64,000 bases of DNA, from contig JAHLWZ010000165.1 in NCBI GenBank assembly GCA_020536535.1, positions 1 to 64,000 on the forward strand, given 5' to 3'. Both the position numbers and the translations under genes were made by a program. Each line of letters opens with the position of its first letter. Within the stretch, counting starts at the first letter, position 1. This document shows, one piece after another, positions 12,667-25,366 of the stretch. This stretch comes from Pelomyxa schiedti. Lineage: Eukaryota; Protista; Evosea. The notes beneath the pieces were generated by a model, which saw only the letters and a program-made list of their open reading frames with translations, was not told the origin of the DNA and made no database searches.

Positions 12667-13037
12667 GGTACTTTTGTTAATGTGCGGGTTTACTTTGTGA
12701 GTGGAGAATGAACAAGTGTATTCATTCATTGATTTCAGTATGTACTGTTTCAAGTTTTTCTTAAGTGAAAGAGTAAAGGGTATTTTGTTTGTTTTTGAGG
12801 GTTGTTGTGACTTGCCCTTGTAAATCCGCCTGCTCTCCCAGGCTTGCTATTTGCTGTGCTATATTGTCTGGGACAAAGAATAAATTCCATTGGTGAAACC
12901 TTTTCTTTGCTGTTCAACCCTCCATTTGGAAGTCAGCTCTGGGCGTTGTTTTTTGTCAGATCAAAAATTTTGTTTGAGGAACGAGGAATAAGGGTAAGTG
13001 AGAAAGGAGTCTACACAAGGAACCTGCTTTGCTTCAT
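12667..13037. repeat. Diverged, internally shortened copy of 8618-9287
   Basis: Near-identical blocks GAGAATGAACAAGTGTAT...TTTCAAGTTTTTCTTAAGTGAAAG and AGGAACGAGGAATAAGG...CAAGGAACCTGCTTTGCTTCAT occur at both loci. Confidence 0.85.
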
Positions 13038-13536
13038 CCGGAGTAAATCATCGTTCTACGGCGCATCTTACGCTCCGTACTATTTGTTGTGGATTGGGTT
13101 CTAGGAAATGGAAACTGACTCGGGTCTGATTGGCCTTGCTTCGCTGCGGATCCTTCGATTATTGTATCGGATTAGCTTTTCTTTTCTACCAAGTGTTCCA
13201 CTGTGGCAACCCCAGCAGGACCTGACCCGCCAATCCCTCAAGTTCGGTGGAGGTTGTACCCGATGGGCCGTTTCACTCCGGAGAACCCAATTACATTTCC
13301 GAGATTAATCTAGTGATGAATCAGAGGTGACACTCTTCTCAGGGAATCCCAGCCCAGAGAAGTGTTCGTACAGCTTGTGTTATGAAGTGCCAGGGGAGTG
13401 GTTCACTTCAGAACCTCGGTTTTCCGGAAGTACCTACGGGCCAAGAGGTCAAAACAAACATCGTTTCAAGAAGAAAAATTGAGATGGGACCACATGTCAG
13501 TTCCCTGCCGCGTTTTATTTATTCTTTGGCAAGACC

Positions 13537-13578
13537 AACCACAACCACAACCACAACCACAACCACAACCACAACCAC
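13537..13578. repeat. (AACCAC)x7 microsatellite upstream of a start codon
   Basis: Perfect hexamer tandem repeat. Confidence 0.95.
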
Positions 13579-13599
13579 AACAAACCAGTGGCACAACGT

Positions 13600-14894
13600 A
13601 TGAGTCAACAAAACCCACGCGGGACCCGTCATAATACCCCTCAAACACACCACACTTCCCACCAGACCAGCGACGCAAGTGCTAGCGCTACTGTTTACAA
13701 TCAGCAGAACGGCAGACGAGATGATCAGCAACACCGTGATCACGCTCCTCGCAGGCATAGGCGCGACGGTGGTGATGGGGACGCACGGGGGTTCGTTGGA
13801 GAGGACAGGAGTGCCGGGAATGTGAACTCACGCACCCAGGGGCAGCGTCGCGGGCGGGAAAGTGGTGGCAGTGGATATGACTCGGAGGAGGACTTGAACG
13901 AGCCCACGGCTAGAACCAACAGCAGGGAGGCCTATCTCACAACGCAGCCCTACCAGAGGCAATCTCGGCGCCGGCGCCATGTAAACAACAACAATAATGA
14001 CAACAACGCGGCCAGACAACGCCATCCTGCTGATCCCACCGTCACCAGGTACTATGACGATTTAACACCTCACCAAGCACAATCGCACACCCCGCAGAAC
14101 GCTTGGCACCCTCCGCGGTCAGACCCCTGGCAGCCGCAAAGTACTTGGAATCCTCCCCCAGATACTTGGAATCCTCCGCCCCACTATACTTGGGGCCCCC
14201 CGCCACAGCCTTCACAGCAACAGTATCGTTATAACCTCAATGCTCCCCCAAGTAGTGCAGTCAATGTTCTCCCACGTCAAGACATCCTGGACTCGAGGGG
14301 GTCCAATGCAACCAACCAAGTCTGGCCCCCTGTCGACGGAGAGGACTATATGTACAACGCGGCACCACTAAAGACCCCTCAGTACCCTTTGTGGCCTCCA
14401 GTGAATGAAAATGACTACTTGCACAAAGCTACACCATTGCAGCTCCCCCGGCAACCGCAGCCCTCTCAAGTGCCACCATTCAATGGTGCTATCTGGCCTC
14501 CTCCTCCTCCTCCTCCAGCAGAACATGTTTTACCCCAAAGCTCAACAACTGATACCCCCCTATCTGGCAGCCAAATCAGAATGCCACAGACCCTTTTCCA
14601 TGGAAAAACTGGGCAAATGCACCTCCTCCTGAGCCACCAGGAGCCGTCAACAACCCAGAAGTTCCGGTAATACCAGAAGTTCCAGTAATACCAGACGGGA
14701 TATATGTATCGAAGGAAAAAACCTGGCGTGGCGTTCTACAGCAACGAAATGTGGCAGACATGGTCAAGGTGGAACAAAAGCCTCTACTTCCGGGAGTGTA
14801 TCCAGCACTGACACCGGCTCATTACACACTCACTGTGGTTCCCCTCCAGCTGCAACCACCACCCCAACGTAACAAGCCACCACAGCCTCCTTAA
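13600..14894 (+). CDS. Hypothetical Pro/Trp-rich disordered protein; probable frameshift at C6 (14555-14560)
   Basis: Long ORF with repeated WxPP motifs; ORF as assembled ends at 14670. The W/P-rich style continues in another frame to TAA 14892-14894. Confidence 0.55.
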
Positions 14895-15084
14895 AATACA
14901 CTCAATTGTAGCCTCCTTTTGTATTACTTTCCAATTCTCTCGTAAAAACAAGTCCTTGTTGCCCTTTTTCGCTTCTTTCAGCACAAAGAGCTTTAGGGAG
15001 AGTTCTTGTCACGCAAAATTTTGTTTTTCAAGTCAAAAGGTTGTACAAGGTGTGGGAATGGTGTTGCAGTGTTGAGTGGCAGGT

Positions 15085-18000
15085 TTATTCATGAGAACTG
15101 TTGTCTGATCGAGGTGATTGCTGAGGCAGAGTGGGTGACGCAGAGGGAAGGGGCGGAGGTGGAGGTGGTGACGAGGAACCAGGAACCACACACTGGATGC
15201 TGCTGCTGCCACTGTGCCCCCGGCTAGTGATACTTCCATGTGGCTTCTTGTCATGTGAGGATGATGATGAACCCGGCGTCATTGCTGATGCTGAGGCTGA
15301 GGTTTTGCTGTGTGATGATGGTGTTGAGGGGAGCAGGACAGCGCTGAGGGCGAGCTGCTGGTGCCCAGCGTGGGCGTGGGCGCCGTGCTGCCCGTGCTGG
15401 TGGCTGCTGCTGCCCCCGCTCCCGCTCCCGCTGCTGTGGGGAGTCGCTGCGGGCCGCAGCGTCGGGGTGCACGGCACGGCGGCGGTGCTCGCGGGCGTTG
15501 TTCTGGGCGGGGAGGGTGTGCGGGACCTCGGGTGGGTGTGGGGCACCCGCGAGTGCATGTGCGAGGAAAGAGGCGGAGGGGGCTCGGGTACCGGGGACGG
15601 GGAGAGAGGCGGGGGTGGGGGCGGTGGTGAGGAGGTGCGAAGGGGCGATCCTGGGAGCGGTGGAGGTGGGATTCCCTCTCCCTCTAGGAAGGAAAGTACA
15701 TCGGGAATCTCTGTGATATCTTTTACGGGATTCAAATTAGTGAATAAAGAGGGGCTTGGTGACAACGGCACTTACAGTTGGCCTGGTGTTTTGCTGGGTC
15801 AGAGTTGTCTCTTGATGAACCCTCTTTTGATCTGTGGTGACCTTTCGGTTTTTTCTCTTTCCTGTGGTGTCTCCTATTGGCAGCATATTGCATAGCAACT
15901 ATAAGGGACTCGGCAGTAAAAGCGGAAATTCTCTTTAAATCCTCAGAAATAGCTTTCTTTCTCTCTGGTACTGTCTCAGATGTAAGAAGGCGAGCGAGCC
16001 TATATTAGTTAGATACTACTGTAAAATAAACCACGGGGAATCGCACCTCAAAACAGGAAGACAGTTGGCACTGGTCATTTCCTCTGCTATATTCACAACA
16101 TTTTTTCCCTCCGAGTTTGGAACAGTTACAGATGCTCCCGCCCTAGATAAAAAAGAATGAGTGACCCAAGTAACAGTTCATGGCAAATAAAAAAGTGAGA
16201 AGCACCTGAGAAGAGCCAAAGTTTCTGCTTTTCTATCACGTCTCACTGCATAATGAAGTGGTGTGCCAGAAGCATCTAGCCTGTAAATATTAGCTTCGAG
16301 TGATTTCTTAACGATACACACATATCAACGGGGCAGCCACAAACCAGGAGCAAGCTGAGGCACGCAAGGGAGTGATACTGCAATGCCATGTGCAGAAGGG
16401 ACCTACAAATGTGCTTCAGAAGTCCCTTTCAAAAGAGCTTGCAGTAAATTGACCTTCTGTCGGGGGGAAATGTGGTGGTCAAATCGAGTCCATGAGCAAT
16501 GCTAAAGAGTAACTTCTTCACACTTCCATACTTTAAAGACTGATGCACAAACTGAAAACAATTAATTAGCAGTTATGCAGTGGGTTGGGTTGTGACCTCA
16601 TTCAAGTCACTTGGAGGTGGGCCTATAAAGGATTTTTTATCGTATTTGGAGACAATCCAATTTCGACGAGAAACACTGAAATAAAACCAATCAATAAATA
16701 CGTAATAAAGAAAAGCTCAAGTCATACTTGTCAGCATCTGCTTGTATGTGTTGAATATCTGTGGGGATTACATTTTCCCACACACTGTTGGCTTTTTCAT
16801 TTCCGAGTGCAGCCAACATCTTGTGAAATGTGTTATTTATAACATCCAATTTATTTTTTACACAACGCACCATATAAATATCTGGCTCGATATGATCTAA
16901 TTTGAGACTGCGCACTTTGCTTATGTGGGTACCAAGTTGTCTGTGAACACCTTCATCAAGATAAGGAAATTCAAAAACCCAAAGATATCCACTTTACCTG
17001 AGCAATTTATACAAATAATAATTCCCAGATTGATGGAGACCCAGTCTGGATCTTGAAAACCTTTTAATAAAAGGGGAAGAAAGTGAACAAAAAGGACGGA
17101 CCTGGTGCTCCACAATCTGCACATGCCAAGTTAGACTTGTGCAGCTGGCGCAGGCAGTTTAAATTTGGGTTATCCACTGTGGTAGTTTTTTCTTTTTTAC
17201 CGAAGAATTAGAAGAATATCCATCACCCACTTCTATTTCAAGACAACCTTGATTCATTTTTTGCATGAGATTTGCTCTGGAGTTATTAATTGCAGAGATC
17301 CACGAATTCATTTGGTCTTGAGATTCTGCCTGAGACAAAAGTAAGAAGGAATATTCTGCAGGTTTCCTATGTGGCAACCTGCAGAAGAAAGGAATTTGCT
17401 GGGGGAGTGATAATCTCAAAACAGAATCGTCTGTCAAGATCACTGCGAACATGGAGCGTGGTCAGTATGATATCTGTCACTCTGGCCTTGGATGCATCCT
17501 AGTCAAGTCTTTTAGCTGGGTATGTGGGATACTGATGCCTACTTTGCCGTCTTTGTAGTAAAAAAACTTCTCATTCTCAATTTTGAAGTACCTTCGCTGC
17601 CAGCTCTTGCCAAAACTGGTCGTTCTCTTGAATAGATACCTGAAGTCAAGTAAAAAAAGCGATATTTCACTCTCCATACTACGGACCCTTCCATCTCCAA
17701 AATCGTGGTGGGTGCAGCTTGAATCGAAGGCAGATTTGGCAATACATCTCCTTTCTGAAGTAAAAGTGAGTCACAAAAGGTGAACACAAAAGGTAGATGC
17801 GGTAGTAGTACAGAGACTAAGGCCACTTTGAGCTCTGCCTCTTGTCGTTTTTTTGCTGTGACATCTGCTTTATTTTCATCAAGTACTGACTCAAGAACTC
17901 TGAAGAATTGTTCATGGACTTGGTTGGTTTGAGTGATTTGACTGAAAAAAACTTGGTGCTGCTGAAGCATTCCCTTGATCCCTTCCAATAAAACAATCCG

Positions 18001-19528
18001 AAATTGACTCTGGTGGTAAAATAAGCCGTATACTTTGGGTAGAATGTTGGCACACAGTCGCCTGATTAAGGCTACAAGCAAGATCCAGTATTGCCTCCTT
18101 TTGACCTCTTTTTGCAATGACAAGGTCTTCGCTGATCTATAGTCACAATATCAGGGTTTTTTCTTCTTTATGATTTTGAGGTATTTTATGGTTGTTGGAC
18201 ACACCTCATTCAAGCCAGAGCCTTTTTTTACCCGCGAGTACTTGGCTGCCATTGTATCAAGTTGTTCTGATCTCTTGTTGAATTCTTTGGCTTTACTCTA
18301 ACTGAAAATTAAAAATTTGCCCAGCCACCCAATGTGTTCAACCTTGACTTCTTTCATTGTGCTGTCTAGGAAGCGTTGCATGGGCGCCGTCAAATAAATA
18401 TCAATAGAGGAAAGCTAGTTTATGTAAATATATTGATACAGCAGAAAACTCGGGAAAAGTACAAATTTGCTTCTTTCTTCATCAATAGAAAGTAAGGTAT
18501 TAGAGGCAGACTCCAAACTTGTTTCTAGAAAGTGACTGTAAGGAAAAAGTGCAAAGGGGTGTCAAGGAAGCTACGAAGAAACTGGTCCCCTGGTATGGCT
18601 TTCAAGCACGTTGCTAGTTCCTGGCATCGCAATCTATAATCTGTAAATAAACTTAGGGTTTGATCTCACAATGTGCCAGTGCACTACCAGTACTTGCAGC
18701 CATCAGAGCCTTATGGCATTTGATCACATCTTTCACCCTCCCCACTCTTTCTTTCATTTCCAGAATAGCCTTCCTCAGTTCCTCGCGAGAAAGAGGCGAG
18801 TCATCAATGACAGTCTCCAGAGAAATTCCACCCTCAGGCCCCAGGGAAGTCACAGCAGCCGCGATAGCAGCCGAGGTCGTAGCATAAGCCGTAGTTGGTG
18901 CAAATGCAAAAGGGCCGGAAATAGGCTGTGCCCCCGAGGCCGAGAGAGTTGCCAGTGAAGAGGAAGTCATTATTGAGCCAGAGGCCGTCGCCAGAATCGC
19001 CGAAACGACGGAACTTGAGGCCGAAGCCGCCGTCGAGAAGATGGAGCTCAGTCCGGACGAGAACGGCGTCGAGGACGAAGAGGCGCCGAGGACCGGCGAC
19101 GGCTGCAGCGAAACGCCGGTCGATGACGTCACCATCGCGGCGGACGCAACTGCGGGGGCCATCGTCGGCGTCGAAGGCGGGGTCGCCGACGGCGACGAAA
19201 CCGACGACGGCGCCGAGTTTGGTATTGGCATTTGGCTGCTCGCCGAGCTCGACGACGTCGTCGACCCAGGGGCCGCGGTCGCCAACGACATCAAATGGGA
19301 CGACGACACCGAGGCCGTGAGCTGGCTCCCCGATCCCGACCCGCTCCCTCCGGAGACGGAGAGGCAAGAAGAAGACGATGATGGGACCCACGGCTCGTTG
19401 CTGCTGACGCTGGCCATCCTGCGCGGGCGCCTGAGGAATGAATCTACTGAGGCCTGGAGGCCCGTCTCGGTGTGCGACGGCGTCGTAGTGTACGACGTCG
19501 AGGGCGACGTTGGCGTCGTTTGGTCCAT
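15085..19528 (-). CDS. ACAP: ACAP/centaurin-beta-like ArfGAP (BAR-PH-ArfGAP-ankyrin)
   Basis: DDSPLSREEL BAR start; PH (YLFKRTTSFGKSWQRRYF); ArfGAP Zn finger (CADCGAP..PDWVSINLGIIICINCSG..VRSLKLD..LGNEKANSVWE); ankyrin exons; Pro-rich tail. Confidence 0.9.
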
Positions 19529-19897
19529 CCAAGAGGCACTCCTTTGTCTTGTGTGTTCTTTGCGTTATCTTTTTTTTTTTTTTTGTCGTTTTCGTGGAAT
19601 GGCCTTAAAGTTGATGTAATCTCTGAAGAAAAGATGTGATGATCTATGGAATTGACATTTTTTTCTTTCCCAATCATCAATCTGAACACAAGGAACACTT
19701 GTACTGTGACCTTTTTTCTTTCATGTGTTGGTTTGACTGGCAGTAAACAATTGGAAAGAAAAAAAGGGGGTGTTGTTCTCTTGTTAATAATTAAAAAAAA
19801 TGTCTACATTCGAAGTCATTGTAATAAGGACTTGAGTGACTATTTGTGTCAGGGGAGAGGAACTGGCTTAAAGAAAACTGCCTAGCTCGTGAAGAAC

Positions 19898-20862
19898 TTA
19901 GAACTGCTTGAAGAAACCACAAACTTCGGGGTGGTCTTTAAATCCAGCAAGAAATTCTTTGCGGTCTATTGTACCATTCTGTGTTGGGATTGTTAATTGG
20001 AGGCCAATATTATTTGATTTGTCATACCCCATCAGTGTCCACACGTGAAAAAACGGCATCAACAATGCCCTGTATTGTTTGTAGACTTTTCTCGTCAAGT
20101 TCTTCTTGTGGAGCCTTGGGATTGGCTGCTGCGCGTTTCTATTGCACATATGCTTAGATCCAGATAAATTTAGTGTCTAAGGATTACCTGTTTGATGATC
20201 AAAACAAACATGCCTTTTACCTCCTCTTTGGACAGCACGCCATCTCCATTCTAGTGTTACTTGAGTTATTTACATTTTGGGTATCTGTGGAGTGTATACT
20301 TTATCGAATAGATCAAATGATGCTAAAGGGAATGAATGACTACATCTCGAACCGGAAAGGATGCTGCATACCATTAAGCTTTTGTTCGAGAGATCCACCG
20401 TGAGTAACCCCCATCATACTGAGGTACTCCCTCACGTCCATGTAACCATTGTGATCAAAATCAAATGAATCAAACACCTGTACAACAGTGTTCGATAAGT
20501 ACCATCAAAAGTGAAAAGAGGTAGTTCGTACTTGCTCAGCCAGGTCGTCGTGCATCACGCCACCAAGAATGAGCTTGAAAGCATCACGTGTGATTCTGCC
20601 GTCCCTTGTGGCATACTTCCGGAAGTTCTTCAGAACAAGTTCGAACTTTTCCTTTGAGACTATAAAGGTTACACAAAACCAAAAGAACCTACTAGAAAAA
20701 GAAGAAGTAGAAGGTAAAATAAAAAAACATTTTTTTTAAAAAAGAAATGAACATGGCAAAGGGGGAAAAAAAAAGTTGTTGTAGGTAATTCTTCCTACTC
20801 TCGTATTTCGTCCTGTATTCGTTGAGTTCCTTCTTGCTCAGTTTCACGTTATCAGCCCCCAT
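19898..20862 (-). CDS. Neuronal calcium sensor/frequenin-like EF-hand protein
   Basis: MGADNVKLSKKEL (Gly2). EF loops DFDHNGYMDVRE, DKNGDGVLSKEE and DTDGNGTIDRKE; G(S)LEQKL motif. Confidence 0.85.
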
Positions 20863-21071
20863 CGTCGACGGTTTACGTTTTATTTTCTTGTGAATTTTGA
20901 TGGCTGTTGTTTCACGGGCTGGGAACAATCTGAACACACTCTCGCCGAATCTCAGGCCAACATATTACTTGTCACTTGATCGTGTCGCTCCCAGTACCGT
21001 TGGGTGAGTCTGAAGAGATTGTGAGATTGGAAACTAACTTGGTAACAATCAAAATACTGTTTCGGGGAGCG

Positions 21072-22444
21072 ATGGGGCAAGAGCACAGCACCAAAGTTTA
21101 CTTTCACAATTACTGGGATTGTCCCATAAGTAATGTCGCTGTGCGTTTTTCCACAGACAACACGCTCCAGCCGGACACCTACTTTCTTGGCCAAATGGTC
21201 GTAGGCCAGTGCTCGTATGGACTCTACTTAGTTAATTTTGCAATTGTAATTTCATTTTCCTAAAGTTGATGAATGGAAGGGGTCTTGCATTTTTTTTTTT
21301 TGTTCCTGACATAGTGTGAAGGCAGGAGTTGCCTCGTTCATATAGGACTGGAGTGGGCTCTGGATATCATGACTATTGGGATATATCATTTGAGGCTACG
21401 GGTGGGAAGCACCCAGGCAAATGGAAGACGGGCACTCCTTACAGTGTTCAGATATCTTCAGCCAGTGACATTGACGTCGATTCCTCTCAACGAATTGACT
21501 TTTGGGTGACTGAGGAGCACACATGTTGCTACTTAGGGTTCCCACCTCACAACAAGCCATCCAATAGACCCAAGACATCAGAGTATACTACTTGGTGGAG
21601 CCTCACACATGACAAGGTATTAGAGCGATACTATGCATATAATCCAGGCCCGGATGTGCGCGGTACTGCGCTTGTAATTTGCAACTCTAGATATACCGGG
21701 AGAGAGGATGCTCCTGGCTTGCGGATTGAAGCGGGGAGGGTACAAAACCTATTTGAAAGGGACCTCAATTACCACACCCTCCGGTTTGATGACCTCACCT
21801 CAGAACAAATGAAGGAAGTTTTCCATTCTGTCAGAGATAGTGCCGCAACAGAGGGAATCCAGTGGGATTCCATTGCAGTGTATTATACCGGTCATGACTG
21901 CAGAATACCTATAACATATGGATGTGCACATTCTGGGGAAACACCAGAAATGTCTGATGCTATTCTCGGTGTTGATAATATTGCAGTTAGCACAACTGAA
22001 TTGCTGAACCTATTCACCCCATCAAGCCTCCCACTTCTCAAAGGAAAACCCAAGCTGATCATACTCAACTACTTCAGCACTGTCCAAAATGAAGCCATAT
22101 CAACTGAAATTCCACCCCCTGAATTCATACCTACAACAACTCAAAGCAGATTCCCAGATTGGACCGATATGGTAATCGCCATTTCGCCCAGAGACCTTCA
22201 ATTGGCCTATGCAGATCCAGGAGGCACGCCCTACGGCAAAGCCCTGATCGAGTGCCTTTCCATGAACTACGAATCTGCAACGCCTCAGGATTGCGTCTCA
22301 GTCTTGACTGATGTGCACCGCTCAGTCGCCGACACAGTCACTGGGAGCCTGTGCGTTTCATCAGGCTCGTTCACAAGCTACCTCAGTCGAAAATTGTACA
22401 TTGGGAGGGTTGATGCCCTCTCAAACTGGACAAAAAAAAGTTAG
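21072..22444 (+). CDS. Caspase-fold (peptidase C14) pseudoprotease with PUD-1/2-like N-terminal domain; intron 21215-21321
   Basis: p20-like RGTALVICN...LTSEQM...YYTGHD...ILGVD...LPLLKGKPKLIILNYFST; p10-like PDWTDMVIAIS...GTPYGKAL...VLTDVHRSV...SYLSRKLY. No Cys at the QACRG position. Confidence 0.75.
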
Positions 22445-22538
22445 CGTAAACACCAAACCTCCGATCCTGGGCGATGACGAAAATGAAGGCCTTCGAAGGC
22501 CTTCCGGTTATTTCATCAGAAAATCATTTAGAAACACA

Positions 22539-23911
22539 ATGATGGCGACGGGTCGTGGGGTGGTGGCGTTGTTTTGTTGCTGTGTATTTGTGCACGCTGT
22601 TGGAGCCACGGACAGGCCAATTGTGGGAATAATCACTGAACCGTCGCCGTCATCAATTCGGTCTCTGGGATCAGAGTTCATATGTGCATCTTACGTGAAA
22701 TTTGTGGAGTCAAGTGGTGCCAGGGTAGCTCCTATTCGGTAAATACCTTTTTTTTTTCCCCATGAGTATTTTTTTTCCCCTTTGAAATGTTCATAACAAG
22801 GTACACCGATGATGAGGCTTCTTTGAGGTCTGCTGTGAAAAACTTGAATGGACTTTTGTTTCCTGGAGGAGGAGCTGATCTGGAGGGAGTGTACATGAAT
22901 GCTTTGACTGTCCTGTTTGATGAAGCCTTGGCAGTAACTTTTTTCATGTATTTTCTATTGTCTGAGCACTTGAAGACAAATGATGCTGGGGAGTATTTTC
23001 CAATATGGGGCACATGTCTTGGAGTAAAACTCGCTCTTCTCTCTGAAACTCACGCCATCCACAAAAAAGTTTGAGGAATTGCTTGTGCTAGCTTCAGGTG
23101 AGGACAGTTCCATCTTGGACTGCGACTTTGATTCCGAGAACATCTCAATGCCAGTTTATTTCACTTCTTTGGCTCCGTCAAGCAGGTGCAACTGTACTTC
23201 ATTCTCATTCACCTTTTTGAAACTGTTGAAGATTATGGAGCCCGGCCCCATCTGATATTTACAGCATTTACGAAAATGAATCGGTGACACTGAACAACCA
23301 TGTTTGTGGAATGACACCTGCTCATTTCAACTGTATGAATGCATGTGTGCTTTTACCTCGTTGAAAGAACCTTTTTTTATGCAGCGAAAGAGGCATTGAC
23401 CTCTTTCTATGATGTTCTTTCCACAAACTATGATCGACTTGGTGTGGAATTTATTTCATCTATCGAAGGTACTTGCACTTGTCTCCATTTTGAAAACGCT
23501 TTATGAATAATGCGAGACAAAAAGGTAAAAACTACCCATTTTATGGAGTCCAATGGTTTGTCCTTCCCTTCTATATTGCTTTCTTCTCTCCTCAATACCA
23601 CTAACCCTCCATGAACAGGCACCCAGAAAAGCCTATGTTGTATCCTACAACTAAAACTTAAAGCAAATCAATTTCAATTAGATCCTTAACCCCATAAACG
23701 CGAGTGGAATCCTGATGAAGCCATGAACCATGGGACTGATTCCATTGCCGCCAATAGCTACCCAATACAGTTTATCAGCAATGAGATACGCAAGAGCACA
23801 CACTCATTCCCAACCCAGGAGGAAGAAGAGAGTGCCCTTATATACAACTACTCGCCAGTGTACACAGCTGATCGCATTCCAGACTATGAGCAGTGTTACA
23901 TGTTCCAATAA
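22539..23911 (+). CDS. GGH: Gamma-glutamyl hydrolase (peptidase C26) with signal peptide
   Basis: RPIVGI, ASYVKFVESSGARVAPI, NGLLFPGGG, PIWGTCLGFE (catalytic Cys), YPFYGVQWHPEK (catalytic His). Confidence 0.95.
23640..23700 (+). other. Candidate U12-type intron in GGH
   Basis: 5' GTATCCT; branch box TCCTTAAC at 23683-23690. Its removal restores HPEKPMFEW. Confidence 0.7.
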
Positions 23912-25366
23912 AAAGGAACCAAAAAACTGTTCCTACTTGCAATTGAATAAAAAAAATAGCGGACCGCGTCGCGTTTTGTTGCTTTTCAATTCAACAACAG
24001 ATTCGATCGAATTCAAAGAACTGGCGGGGTGATTGAAAAAGACAAACAGCTATGTGACACAGGGAAGAATATTAGTATGAGTTGCCTAAACTCAGCACAA
24101 CTAGTGTTGCTGAACTGCCACCTTTCCTGGCACTTGTGGGCAGCAAAGCATGGAAAGTCTGAAGTTGGGCACTTTGGCCTCTGATCCCTTTGAGAAAAAC
24201 AACTACTCAACACACAACATTTGGCTCACTGTACTATCATGCCAGGTGAATTCCTGTCCTCCTGCCTGTCTCTTTTTTGTGGAGCACATAATATGTAGTA
24301 CTCTACCACCTTACCTACTACGTGTTTTGGACTGGGTGAGAATGTTTCTTGGAGGCTTACCTCTCATCTTCACCAGAACTATCACTCGACGAATCTTGAA
24401 TATGACTCGGCTTGGGACTAGGTTCCTTGTAAATCCTTCTTGTAACATCCTTCCTTCTGACTCACTCTAGAATGCTCTCCTTTTTACAGCCAGGAGAAGT
24501 GTACTACGTTCCTATTGTTTTACTTGGCAATTAATTTCCTTCAGTTGCATCCGGACCCCACCTTAGGTGGTCACAGTGGAATTCTCCTGTTCGTTGCTCA
24601 GTTTTCAAGGCAATTAATGTGTATTGTACAGCATCAACCTCAACTGGTGATTCAGGTCTTCCTTTGATGAACCATGCGATTTCTTCTTGTACTTCTTGCT
24701 CTTCATTCAGTGTTCCAGTTCTCCTACCACCAGGCACCAACACCAAGGCAAACAAAACAAAAAAAAGAAAAGAGAAAAAAAAAAGCAATTCAATGACAAG
24801 GAGATGACGAATGAGAGACAGGCACCAAGCTAGTTTCACAGGAACTTCGGCATTAAGGTCCTCCGTCAGCCATTATTCCCAGCCCCCCTCCCTTGGCTCC
24901 TTTGTCCAACCCGAAAATTTTCGTCTTGGTGTTCATCGTCGCTTCTCTCCGACCGATCAATTATGGGTTCTTTCAAAAAAGAAGAAACAGAAACTTACGG
25001 CAACGTCTGAAGGTGGAGTGAAACGGACCACCGGGTACCCGTACAACCTCCACCGAACTGAGGGATGGCGGGTCAGGGTTGCCTCAGTGGAACACATCGA
25101 CAGAAAAGATCAGCTAAACCGATACAATAATCGAAGGATCCCCGATAATTTGTTGCGGAGTCATCAACGTGCCGTGCATGCACCCCCGACTGTCGACGGG
25201 GCGAACCGCGGTACCCTTCGGTGTGGGAGTATTCGCTTTTGGTGTGTCCATGCTGATGAGCCTCGACATGCCTCGAAACAACGAACGCAACGCCAAGTGC
25301 TGCTGGCTTGATTGTGACATAGCAGTAAACCAGACACACCTTGTTGCAAGGGATTGGAAAAAAGGT

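Noticed and set aside
15131-19619. Long antisense ORFs over GC-rich exons (also at 5148, 36984, 58998, 61905)
   Set aside because: Shadow ORFs caused by GC-rich, low-complexity coding sequence on the opposite strand.
21262-21312. TGATGA...CTGA in the caspase-like gene intron as a snoRNA
   Set aside because: Too short, no terminal stem, and the interior is a poly-T tract.
23950-24900. Short ORFs downstream of GGH
   Set aside because: No recognisable domain or consistent exon chain.
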